A DNA stretch of 32,000 bases from Bifidobacterium longum subsp. longum JCM 1217 (GCF_000196555.1 NC_015067.1:1170001-1202000); one strand, 5' to 3'. Positions 1 through 8,910 are shown, counted from the stretch's first letter. Translations and numbers: made by a program. Notes: generated from the letters alone by a model not told the origin.

Positions 1-825
1 TTCGGTCAGGCGTTCGCGGCGCGGATCGTCGTCGGGCATCCAGCCGGACAGGTAGGAGCCGACCATGTCCGGGTCGCCGTGTTCGAGCAGGAGGCGGATG
101 TCCTTCTCCGTGAGCGTGGGACGGTCCGAACCGTCGCGTGCCGCGGCGTCCGGCGCGTACAGGCTCCAGCACGCCCGGTCGGCCAGGCCGGATTCGGCGA
201 TCCGGCGCAACAGGGCCGCGTCCGGCCGGCCGTACCGGAGCACGAGCCATGCGGCGTCCGGGCTTCCGGTTTCGAACAGGCGGACGGCGCGGTCGGCGAT
301 CCAGCCGGGGGCACGGTATTCGAGTTTCGTCAGGACCCCCGGGTCCGTCTCCTTGCCGAACACGTGCAGACGGTCGTCGGGCGTATGGTCCACCAGTTCG
401 AGGCGCACCGTCGGATCCGGATCGTCCAGGAACGAATCCAGCCGGCCGTCCGTCAGCATGCCCATATGCTTCAACGCGTCCAGACGGATTTTCGGATCCG
501 GGTCCGCGAGCACGAGGCCGGGTTCATGCGCGGCGAGCGCGCGGCGTATGGCCTTCGGCAGCGGTTCGCCCGCCTCCGCCATGCGTATCGCGTCACGGGC
601 CGTGTCGCGTCCCATGCCGGTGACGGTCAGGCGGCGCGCGCGCCAGCCTCCGGCCGCATCGTCCACGGCGAAGCAGCCGGTGCGGGCGGCCGCGCGCGCC
701 GCGTTCGCGCTCGCCGCCTCGAACGAGTTCGGCACGGTCCCGCCCCATCGTTCGCGGGTCTCCGGCTCGCCGTAGTGGGCCATCAGCAGGTTCCATTGGC
801 TTTCCGACAGTTTCCTAAGGCTCAT
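1..825 (-). CDS. hypothetical protein with DPDPxxR HEAT/LRV-like repeats; C-terminus lies beyond the left edge
   Basis: It is absent from the ORF track because it runs off the window. Minus-strand translation from ATG (complement 823-825) reads MSLRKLSESQWNLLMAHYGEPETRERWGG...ADPDPKIRLDALKHMG...DDPDPTVRLELVDH...LTEKDIRLLLEHGDPDMVGSYLSGWMPDDDPRRERLTE, with no stop down to base 1. Its composition is balanced, unlike the Arg/Pro/Gly-rich + strand ORFs 65..775, 79..966 and 138..623 that overlap it. Confidence 0.65.
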   Translation of the reverse strand, partial: MSLRKLSESQWNLLMAHYGEPETRERWGGTVPNSFEAASANAARAAARTGCFAVDDAAGGWRARRLTVTGMGRDTARDAIRMAEAGEPLPKAIRRALAAHEPGLVLADPDPKIRLDALKHMGMLTDGRLDSFLDDPDPTVRLELVDHTPDDRLHVFGKETDPGVLTKLEYRAPGWIADRAVRLFETGSPDAAWLVLRYGRPDAALLRRIAESGLADRACWSLYAPDAAARDGSDRPTLTEKDIRLLLEHGDPDMVGSYLSGWMPDDDPRRERLTE

Positions 826-907
826 CGTGTTCTCCCGTCATCGCGCCCCGGCATCGTCGCCGCGACGCATGCGTCCCCCCCCCGGCGGACGTTTTTTTCA
901 GCCCGAT

Positions 908-1984
<1,077 letters not shown>

Positions 1985-2059
1985 TCAAGTCGGTGTTTCG
2001 TGTTTCGTCACTAATTTTTTTCGGTTTTCGGCATGAGGAGTGCCGGCCGGTGGTTTGTT

Positions 2060-2821
2060 TTACTGGTTGTCCGTCTTGCCGAACATGAGGGCCTGGCTGA
2101 CGCGTCGGCTGGGGCCGGTGAATTCGATGAGGCGTCCGTGGTGGACGATGCGGTCGATGATCGCGGCGGCGAGTTTGTCGTCGGCGAAGATCGTCCCCCA
2201 TTTGCTGAACTCGATGTTCGTGGTGAAGATGATGCTGCGCCGCTCGTAGCTGCCGGCGATGATCTGGTAGAGGAGGCGGGCCCCGTCGATGTCGAAGGGC
2301 ACGTAGCCGAACTCGTCGAGGATGATCAGGTCGGCACGGGCGAGGTCTTTGAGCAGGTTGTCGAGGGCGCCGTCGCGTTTGGCCTTGCCGAGCTGGAGCA
2401 CGAGCTCCGCGGTCTGCCGGAACCTCACGCTCCTGCCTTGCTCGATGGCGAGCATGCCCAGGGCGGTGGCCAGGTGGGTCTTGCCGCGTCCCGTCTTGCC
2501 GTAGAACACGAGGTCCTGCGCCTTGGCCACGAAATCGAGGCCGGTCAGCTGCTCCTTGGTGTATCCGTCGGGCAGGCGCACGTTCGCGAAGTCGTAGCCG
2601 TCGAGGCTTTTGGGCACCGGGAACCGGGCCTGGCGCATGAGCCTTGCCCGTTTGGAGGCCTCCCTGTTGGCCAGTTCCGTGGCGAGCATGCGGTCGATGG
2701 CGTCCAGTTGGCGGGGCGTGGCCCATTCGAGCGTTTCGTCGATGGTGGCCTGCGAGATGAACAGGCTCCTCGCCCGCTCGCGCAGCGGGCCGGGGTCGGT
2801 CCGTCCGTTCTTCTGGTTCAC
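2060..2821 (-). CDS. istB: IS21-family helper ATPase IstB
   Basis: It lies in the frame of ORF 2060..3133. The GTG start (complement 2819-2821) overlaps the istA stop. Motifs seen: VNQKNGRT..., FYGKTGRGKTHLATALG (Walker A), LIILDEFGYVP (Walker B) and FTTNIEFSKWG. Confidence 0.9.
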   Translation of the reverse strand: MNQKNGRTDPGPLRERARSLFISQATIDETLEWATPRQLDAIDRMLATELANREASKRARLMRQARFPVPKSLDGYDFANVRLPDGYTKEQLTGLDFVAKAQDLVFYGKTGRGKTHLATALGMLAIEQGRSVRFRQTAELVLQLGKAKRDGALDNLLKDLARADLIILDEFGYVPFDIDGARLLYQIIAGSYERRSIIFTTNIEFSKWGTIFADDKLAAAIIDRIVHHGRLIEFTGPSRRVSQALMFGKTDNQ

Positions 2822-4284
2822 TCGTCCTCCTTGGTGTAGGCGATGTCGTATTCGCTCAGGTCCACGGGGTCGTCGTAGGCCACGGGTCCCAGGCCCGAGG
2901 CGTGGCGTGCCGCGGCCAGACATACCCCGGCCCGGTCCGTGCCTCCGGTGGATTCGAGGATCTCGAGCATGCCGGCCACGGCCGCCCGCCAGCCGCTCTC
3001 GCCGTCGGCGTGCAGCAGGGCACGCAGGCTGTCGCGCCGCGTGGCCTCGTCCTGCGCGTCGATCCATTCGCGAAGCGGGTCGGGCATCGCGTCGCGCACC
3101 CGGCTGTTGCGCCAGGCCGCCGGCCGGTCGCACAACAGCCCGAGCTGGCTCGACGGGTCGCCGCTGTCGGTCGGCTTGTCCCCGTAGGACCTCGGATGCG
3201 TGATCACGCGTTTGCCTTCGGCATCGAGGATCTCCACCTCCAGGGCCCTCAGGCCGACGATCATCTCATGGCCGGCGTGTTCGGGTCCGGCCGCGTACCG
3301 GTGGCGGCCCTGGACGGTGACGTTTCCGTATTTGTCGGCCTTCATCCTCGTCCACGTGACCACGTCGAACGGCTTGGCGGGCAGGGGCAGCAGCGCCTTG
3401 CGATCATCCTCGAACAGGCCGGCCTGGCTCTCGCCCTTCCTGTAATGGTCCTTGTCCCCCAGCTCGAGACAGCGGTCGGGAAGGCGCAGGTTGAAGTTGT
3501 CGAGGCTCCACACGCTGGGCACCGGCACGAACAGCCTTCGGCGCACGGCCCCGACCCTGGCCTCGACCGCGCCCTTCTCGTGGCCCGAGTACGGGTTGCA
3601 GAACGAGTACTCGAACCCGTAATGGGCCTGGAACGCCTGGAACAGGCGGGTCAGGCGGATCTCGTCGAACCGTCGGCGGCCCACGCCGGCGGCATTGTCG
3701 TACACGATGCGCCGGGGCACCCCGCCCAGCCATTCGAACAGGTTAAGCAAAGCCTGACACGTGCATTCCGCGTTCTCCCCGGGCATCAGCTGGCACGGCG
3801 AGATGTTCGAGTACGGGAAATCCAACACGAAATGCCGCATCCGCGTCACGACGCCCCGGTAGCGCACGTCGACCTGGCCGAAGTCCGCCTGGCATTCGCC
3901 CGGATGCCACGACAGGTCCAGGAAACCCATCTCGCGCTCCGCCATGAACTCACGCTTCAACCGGGCCACCGTCCGGGTCACCGTCGACAACGACGCCTCC
4001 ACCCCGTACTCGTCACGCAACCGCTCGTGGATGCGCGTCGCCGTGTGACGTTGCTTGTGCCAGGTCTCCCGGTCCTCGGCGAGCATGCCCTCGATCACGG
4101 GAATCCACTCGTCGAGCACCGAGCCACGGCGTCTCCTTACCGGAGGCCTGGCCGACAGGTCGTCGGCCTTGAGATACTTGCGCACGGTCGGCTCGCTGAC
4201 CTTCTCGCCGCGCGCGATCGAGGCGACGGACTCCCCATTCCTGCGCCTCTGACGGATAGACTGTATTTTGGGCATGCTGATCAT
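2818..4284 (-). CDS. istA: IS21-family transposase IstA
   Basis: ORF 2818..4284 encodes 488 aa. It has an N-terminal HTH (SVASIARGEKVSEPTVRKYL) and DDE-type core segments (CQADFGQVDV, IVYDNAAGVG, NPYSGHEKGAVEARVG). It sits immediately upstream of, and overlapping, istB. Confidence 0.9.
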   Translation of the reverse strand: MISMPKIQSIRQRRRNGESVASIARGEKVSEPTVRKYLKADDLSARPPVRRRRGSVLDEWIPVIEGMLAEDRETWHKQRHTATRIHERLRDEYGVEASLSTVTRTVARLKREFMAEREMGFLDLSWHPGECQADFGQVDVRYRGVVTRMRHFVLDFPYSNISPCQLMPGENAECTCQALLNLFEWLGGVPRRIVYDNAAGVGRRRFDEIRLTRLFQAFQAHYGFEYSFCNPYSGHEKGAVEARVGAVRRRLFVPVPSVWSLDNFNLRLPDRCLELGDKDHYRKGESQAGLFEDDRKALLPLPAKPFDVVTWTRMKADKYGNVTVQGRHRYAAGPEHAGHEMIVGLRALEVEILDAEGKRVITHPRSYGDKPTDSGDPSSQLGLLCDRPAAWRNSRVRDAMPDPLREWIDAQDEATRRDSLRALLHADGESGWRAAVAGMLEILESTGGTDRAGVCLAAARHASGLGPVAYDDPVDLSEYDIAYTKEDE

Positions 4285-4418
4285 TTGCCTTTCCGGCCCT
4301 TTCCCGAATGGATTCGAAGCACCATCAGGCTAAGGCCCACGGGTGGTCGGCATGCCTTTCTGCCTAAACCCGAAAAAACTACGTGACTAAAACCTCAACT
4401 CCCTATTGAACACATACA

Positions 4419-4426
4419 GCGCCCAG
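4419..4426. repeat. target-site duplication GCGCCCAG, right copy
   Basis: See 1968-1975. Confidence 0.85.
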
Positions 4427-4714
4427 CATCCGGTAGAGGGGGTCGCGGGCGTTCTCGCGTCCCTTGCGGGCCGCCTCGGCCGGGGTGACGCCGGGCTTGG
4501 CGTGGATGAACCGGTGGATGGTGGTCCCGTTCACGTTGAGGGCGGCGATGCCGGTGGGCGCGAGGGTGAGCGTGTTGCGCGGCGCGATCGTGCTTCGCCA
4601 ATGGTTGACGAGGGTGCTTTTGCCCGTGCCCGCCTTGCCGGTCAGGATCGAGACGCCCTGGGGTTCGGACAGCATGGCGAGCGCCTTCGCGTCGAAAGTG
4701 AGGTCTTCGGTCAT
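4419..4714 (-). pseudogene. PIF1/RecD-like helicase, N-terminal fragment (Walker A)
   Basis: ORF 4403..4714 reads [36 protein letters not shown]...LAPTGIAALNV...DPLYRMLGA, then runs into the IS end (VCVQ, stop). Joining 4419 to 1975 and removing one GCGCCCAG copy restores ...[17 protein letters not shown]... in frame. Confidence 0.85.
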
Positions 4715-4748
4715 GCGCCGGGGTATGCGTCAGTCGGCCTCCGGGCCG

Positions 4749-5045
4749 TGTATGCATTCCGGCCGGGCTGTATGCATCCGTATGCATCAGGGGATGCATA
4801 CACGCCCGTTCTCCGTTTCGGCTTGTTTCCAGCGTTCCGGGGCGGCCTCCACGCGTGTATGCATTGTATGCATCATTCCCTTATAGAGGATTCGGGAAAA
4901 GGAAGGAAACCCCATATATTGATGCATACAATGCATACAAGATAAAGGAATTATATTTTTTCCTTTATTTATAAGGGTTTTCGGGCTTTTTCCGGGCTTT
5001 TTCTGTATGCATCCCCGGATGCATACAGATGCATACATGCATACA
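4749..5045. repeat. GTATGCAT box array, copy 1 (12 boxes; contains a 20-bp-arm inverted repeat at 4856-4875 / 4920-4939)
   Basis: Forward boxes (GTATGCAT) start at 4750, 4770, 4780, 4857, 4866 and 5005. Reverse boxes (ATGCATAC) start at 4794, 4922, 4931, 5019, 5029 and 5037. TGTATGCATTGTATGCATCA and TGATGCATACAATGCATACA are exact reverse complements separated by 44 bp. The array lies directly upstream of the helicase ATG (4712-4714). Confidence 0.9.
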
Positions 5046-5056
5046 TCGGGGTGAAA

Positions 5057-5163
5057 ACAGTACACTGACGGACTGTTTTCCAGGCCCTTCCGACCCCGAT
5101 ACGGTGGATCCATGGCCCCGGCGGGCATGACGAGGGGCGGCCGACAGTACACAGACGGACTGT
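5057..5163. repeat. two copies of the 20-mer ACAGTACAC(T/A)GACGGACTGT (5057-5076 and 5144-5163), each an ACAGT/ACTGT hairpin
   Basis: I read this directly from the sequence. The first copy is nested inside an ATCGGGGT...ACCCCGAT inverted repeat. The position is analogous to the palindromes that follow box-array copy 3. Confidence 0.7.
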
Positions 5164-5245
5164 TCGCGATTGAACGCCCGGATCGCCGACCCGTATGTTC
5201 CAGAGGGAAAGGAGTCTCGCGATGGAAGACAAGGACAGGCTGGAA

Positions 5246-5299
5246 GGGTTCGGACAGCATGGCGAGCGCCTTCGCGTCGAAAGTGAGGTCTTCGGTCAT
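5246..5299 (-). pseudogene. duplicated first 18 codons of the helicase gene ([18 protein letters not shown]) with no continuation
   Basis: The stretch from 5246 onward repeats the stretch from 4661 almost base for base. After SEP the reading frame diverges into non-helicase sequence. Confidence 0.8.
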
Positions 5300-5334
5300 G
5301 CGCCGGGGCATGCGTCCGATCGGCCTCCGGGCCG

Positions 5335-5631
5335 TGTATGCATTCCGGGGCGCGTGTATGCATCCGTATGCATCAGGGGATGCATACATGCCCGTTCTTC
5401 GTTTCGGCTTGTTTCCAGCGTTCCGGGGCGGCCTCCACGCGTGTATGCATTGTATGCATCATTCCCTTATAGGGGATTCGGGAAAAGGAAGGAAACCCCT
5501 TATATTGATGCATACAATGCATACAAGAGAAAGGAATTCTGTTCTTTCCTTTATATATAAGGGTTTTCGGGCTTTTTCCAAGCTTTTTCTGTATGCATCC
5601 CCGGATGCATACAAATGCATACATGCATACA
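5335..5631. repeat. GTATGCAT box array, copy 2 (12 boxes; 20-bp-arm inverted repeat at 5442-5461 / 5506-5525)
   Basis: It has the same box order and orientation as copy 1. It is part of a 385/386-bp direct repeat (4661-5045 versus 5246-5631). Confidence 0.9.
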
Positions 5632-5641
5632 GAACAGGCCG

Positions 5642-5764
5642 GGGGGACGTCACGATTGGCTGTACAGATGGACGCTGTACAGCCACACCGGGGCGTTGGT
5701 GAGGAAAATCCTCGCTAAGGACGTCGGACTGTCGGAGGTCGAGATTCGGGAGATACTCAAATGA
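5642..5764 (+). pseudogene. hicA: hicA toxin remnant (C-terminal ~27 codons only)
   Basis: There is no start codon. The frame ending at TGA 5762-5764 reads ...YSHTGALVRKILAKDVGLSEVEIREILK, which resembles the HicA C-terminus (xLRKAILKQLGLS type). Its stop overlaps the hicB ATG as ATGA. The 5' part has been replaced by box-array copy 2. Confidence 0.45.
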
Positions 5765-5985
5765 GCGCACACGTGAAATCAGTGAAGATCGTATACCACC
5801 GTGACGAGGGCGCATGGTGGGCCGACTCCCCGGACATGCCGGGATTCTCCGCCGTCGGGGACACCTTCGACGACACGAGGAAGCTTGCCCTCGAGGGCAT
5901 CCCCTTCTACTTCGATGGCAATAGGCCCGATATCGTGGACGAGCGCATGGAGAACGGGGCGAGCCTGAAGCCCACGAGACCGTAA
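5761..5985 (+). CDS. hicB: HicB-family antitoxin (short form)
   Basis: The 74-aa ORF reads VKIVYHRDEGAWWADSPDMPGFSAVGDTFDDTRKLALEGIPFYF. This matches the HicB N-terminal domain pattern (dg.wwa.vpdlPG..a.GdT.ee). Confidence 0.7.
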   Translation: MSAHVKSVKIVYHRDEGAWWADSPDMPGFSAVGDTFDDTRKLALEGIPFYFDGNRPDIVDERMENGASLKPTRP

Positions 5986-6046
5986 GACGCAACCCGGACG
6001 CCGTTCCGGGGGCGCATGTCACATCAAAGCTTAGAATCCCCCGGCT

Positions 6047-6870
6047 TTAGCCGTGGGGAGAAGTCAAATCATCCGAAGCGAGAAAAGGCCGGTCTTGGTA
6101 GAACGTCTCGCCAACACTACCGTTGTAGCATACGGTAATTGTATTGGCTGGGTGCATATTCTCGGTATTACCGACCATTGCGGTGCAACCGTTGTTCATC
6201 GCAGAAGAACCGATAAAGCGTATATCACCCGGAATCATATTTGCTTTTGTCAGCCTTGTTCCTTTAACAACGTCAAACAGCTTCCAAATAACAAACTCCT
6301 GCCATTCGGCTATGCCCAGCGCATGCTTGCTCTCATCGGCTTGCCTCAGCCTCTCAAGGCTTGCTTCAGACTCTCAAGGCTTGCTTCAGACTCTTTCATG
6401 ACTGCCGACATGTACTCGTCCATGTAAGCCCAATCAGGCTCGCCGGACGTATCAACGGGCAAACGAATCATTTCGTCTTCTATAGTCTTGGAATTTAACT
6501 GGTCAGAATACGTATATTTGGTCAGTGACTGGCGAATCACAGACGAAACAAATAGTCCCGACAGTTCTGTTAAACCTGCATTGTGCAACATCAAGATTGC
6601 AGAACCAGCACCACCACGACCCAGAAAAGGCTTGGCTTGATAAAAAGCTGAACCATCAATCGGACTTACTGTGATGCAATTTCCTGCATCCAGCACTTCA
6701 TCATCTTTTGGCTTACACCACTTAGTGACACCATTGTTGAAATTTCCAGATGCAACAAAAGGAATATTTCCGTCTTCATACTTTGCTTGACTACGAGCAA
6801 CTGGTCGCTTTATTTCAAACAACTTACCTATCTTGAACTCTTTCCATCCGTTCGTATCAATCTTCGCCAT
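6047..6870 (-). pseudogene. hsdS: HsdS-like specificity subunit, frameshifted and 3'-truncated
   Basis: ORF 6346..6870 holds TRD1 plus the central helix (GNIPFVASGNFNNGV...ITVSPIDGSAFYQAKPFLGRGG...SEASLESLKQALRG, stop). ORF 6047..6238, with its open upstream frame (LERLRQADESKHALGIAEWQEFVIWKLFDVVKGTRLTKANMIPGDIRFIGSSAMNNG...YNGSVGETFYQDRPFLASDD), holds TRD2 in a different frame. TRD2 ends abruptly without a distal conserved helix. Confidence 0.8.
6351..6390. repeat. perfect 20-bp tandem duplication (CTCTCAAGGCTTGCTTCAGA x2) inside the hsdS central helix
   Basis: 6351-6370 equals 6371-6390. Removing one copy reads ...KESEASLERLRQADESKHALGIAEWQEF..., which fuses TRD1 and TRD2 in frame. Confidence 0.9.
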
Positions 6871-8659
6871 CGCCGTCTCCGCCTTTCCTCATGGTTACGG
6901 TCACGGACTTGTCATCGGCGCTCACTCGGCTCGAATACATCGCTGTGTCCAGCAGCTTCTCGCCGAACTCCTTTGCGTCGATGCCCTGCCGGAACATCAG
7001 GTAGTCCATCGCCGTCTTGCGGAAGTCCTCCTCGAATATCTCGAACGGCTTCTGCGGCATCTGATAGGACAGGTGCTCGGCGGGGTTCACCCACTGGCAT
7101 GTATCGTCGCCGGACTGCTTCTCGACCACATCGACCCAATGAGCCTCAATGGCCGCCCACTTGCCGTAGACGTCATGGCGTCCCTTGTTCTTGACCGTCG
7201 CCAGACCATCGGACTCCATGTAACAGGCGAAAAACTCCTTGCCGTCCTGTCCGACGCCCGCCTCGAACACGAAGATGCTCGTGGTCACGCCCACGCCGAA
7301 GAACAGGTCTTCCGGCAGCTTGATGACCTTGCGCAGGCGATGGTTCTTCAGAATGCGCTTCATCTGCGCCTTCGATGCTTTCTCCAGCTTCTTGTCCGGC
7401 AGGATGAACGCGCACTGGGTATGTGCGGGAACGCTGTCCATCACGTTCTCGACGATGGTCATGCAGCCGTACTTGTTCTCGTACGGCGGGTTCATCAGCA
7501 CCTTCGTGATCGGCTTGGACTGCATCCATTCGTTGGCTGCATCCGTGCGAGTATCCATCTGTTCAAGGTTCGTCTTGCCGTCCTTGTGAATCAGCATGTT
7601 CGCGCACGCCAGCGCGTAAATCTCGCGGTCGAACTCGATGCCGTAGAGCTGCTTGGATTTAATCTCGCCGGCCTTCTTCGTTTCCATGCCGCCGGCCTCG
7701 CGAATCATGTTCGCCATGGCCTTCACGAGGAAGCCGCCGGAACCGCACGTGGCGTCCAGAACGCAGTCGTCCATGTTCACTTCGAGAATCTTGTATATGA
7801 AGTCCGTGATGTGCTCGGGCGTGAATATCTGCCCCGATTCGGACTTTTTCTTGTAACGGTTGAACTCGTTGAAGAAAATGCCCATCACGTCCTCGCCGCG
7901 CCATTCGTTCGAGTTGACGCACTCGGAAATCTCGACGACCCAGTCGATGAAGTCATTGATTGCCTTCTGGTTGTCGGTCGTGTTCATCTTGATGTCGGAA
8001 TATTCCTCCAGCAGGATGTCAATTTTCGCATTCTGTTTGCGACTGGCTATCAATGATTTTGCAAGCGTCGAGTGAATCGCCGTATGGAACGTCTCATACC
8101 CAAGGTCTTTCAGACGCTTCAATCCCGCACCGTAACGCTCGGCAACCAACGCGCATGCCGTGAAAATCATGCGGTGGTACAGGTTCTTGATGCCGAACTC
8201 GAAATGCAGGCAGTTGTTGATACGTGCCGTCAGCTGGTAGATGCGCTCCTTGTCGATGCTATCGACGGTATAGAGCGACAGGTAATAGCCGACATGCTGC
8301 AACTTGTCGGGCGTCTTGACTTCCTCCTCGCCCTTGAACACGCGCACATCCTCGCCGTTGTACAAAACGCCGACAACCTTCTCATATTGTGTCTGCATGA
8401 TGCGGACGTTCTTCAGCACCTCGTCCACCTGCGCCTTGCCCAGGGCAATGCGCGTCGCCTTCGTCTCCAACACCAGCGCTACATCCGCCTTGTTCTTCGG
8501 TAGATACCAGCCGTCCGGCTTGTCGGCAATGCCTGAAAATCCGAGCTGGTTGAACGTCGTGAGCTGGCCAACGCCGGCACAAGCCAAATCACTATCCGCA
8601 AGTCCAAGAATGTCACGTGCCAAATCGCGCACGGCATCCTCTGTCATATTCTTCGCCAC
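6857..8659 (-). CDS. N6-adenine DNA methyltransferase subunit with an N-terminal PD-X15-ExK nuclease-like motif (HsdM-like; possibly a BcgI-A-like type IIB R-M subunit)
   Basis: The product is 600 aa. It carries VLDATCGSGGFL (motif I) and LMNPPY (motif IV). N-terminal residues 48-67 read PDGWYLPKNKADVALVLETK. The gene overlaps the specificity gene by 14 nt. No hsdR is visible in the window. Confidence 0.85.
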   Translation of the reverse strand: MAKNMTEDAVRDLARDILGLADSDLACAGVGQLTTFNQLGFSGIADKPDGWYLPKNKADVALVLETKATRIALGKAQVDEVLKNVRIMQTQYEKVVGVLYNGEDVRVFKGEEEVKTPDKLQHVGYYLSLYTVDSIDKERIYQLTARINNCLHFEFGIKNLYHRMIFTACALVAERYGAGLKRLKDLGYETFHTAIHSTLAKSLIASRKQNAKIDILLEEYSDIKMNTTDNQKAINDFIDWVVEISECVNSNEWRGEDVMGIFFNEFNRYKKKSESGQIFTPEHITDFIYKILEVNMDDCVLDATCGSGGFLVKAMANMIREAGGMETKKAGEIKSKQLYGIEFDREIYALACANMLIHKDGKTNLEQMDTRTDAANEWMQSKPITKVLMNPPYENKYGCMTIVENVMDSVPAHTQCAFILPDKKLEKASKAQMKRILKNHRLRKVIKLPEDLFFGVGVTTSIFVFEAGVGQDGKEFFACYMESDGLATVKNKGRHDVYGKWAAIEAHWVDVVEKQSGDDTCQWVNPAEHLSYQMPQKPFEIFEEDFRKTAMDYLMFRQGIDAKEFGEKLLDTAMYSSRVSADDKSVTVTMRKGGDGDGED

Positions 8660-8889
8660 TACTCATCCACCTCCTCAAGATACTCCTGCACCCACTCGTG
8701 GATGATTGCGGCAATCGTCGTCCCACGCTCCGCAGCCGTCATCTTGAGCGCCTTCTTGTCGCTCACGGTGAGCGACAGCGAGAGCGTGGTGCGCTTCTCG
8801 TCCGCCGTCGTGTCGGCGACGACGGCCTCCTCTGTCTTCTTCTGCCCGGCCTCGCGGTCGGCGGCGTATTGCTCGAACATGTTCGCCAT
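8659..8889 (-). CDS. ribbon-helix-helix (CopG/Arc-like) DNA-binding protein
   Basis: I start it at MANMFEQY..., which is preceded by AAAGGAGG with 7-nt spacing. The segment TLSLSLTVSDKKALKMTAAERGTTIAAIIHEWVQEYL fits a beta-strand plus two-helix pattern. Its stop overlaps the methyltransferase start by 1 nt. Confidence 0.65.
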   Translation of the reverse strand: MANMFEQYAADREAGQKKTEEAVVADTTADEKRTTLSLSLTVSDKKALKMTAAERGTTIAAIIHEWVQEYLEEVDE

Positions 8890-8910
8890 GGCCCGACCTC
8901 CTTTAATCAT

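Noticed and set aside
4749-5631. The box arrays as a CRISPR array
   Set aside because: The repeat unit is only 8-9 bp, occurs in both orientations with irregular spacing of 0-70 bp, and there are no cas genes. The architecture is dyad-symmetric, not repeat-spacer.
4787-5702. ORFs reading through the box arrays (4787..5389, 4965..5363, 5112..5702, 5195..5560, 5373..5624; likewise 25678..26493)
   Set aside because: Their 'MHTMHTR', 'CMHCMH' and 'YASGDAY' strings are simply translations of repeated ATGCATAC/GTATGCAT boxes. The frames are not conserved between the three array copies; for example, a 7-codon micro-ORF in copy 1 is extended in copy 2. At most the first 8 codons after ATG 5221 may be the remnant of a real gene.
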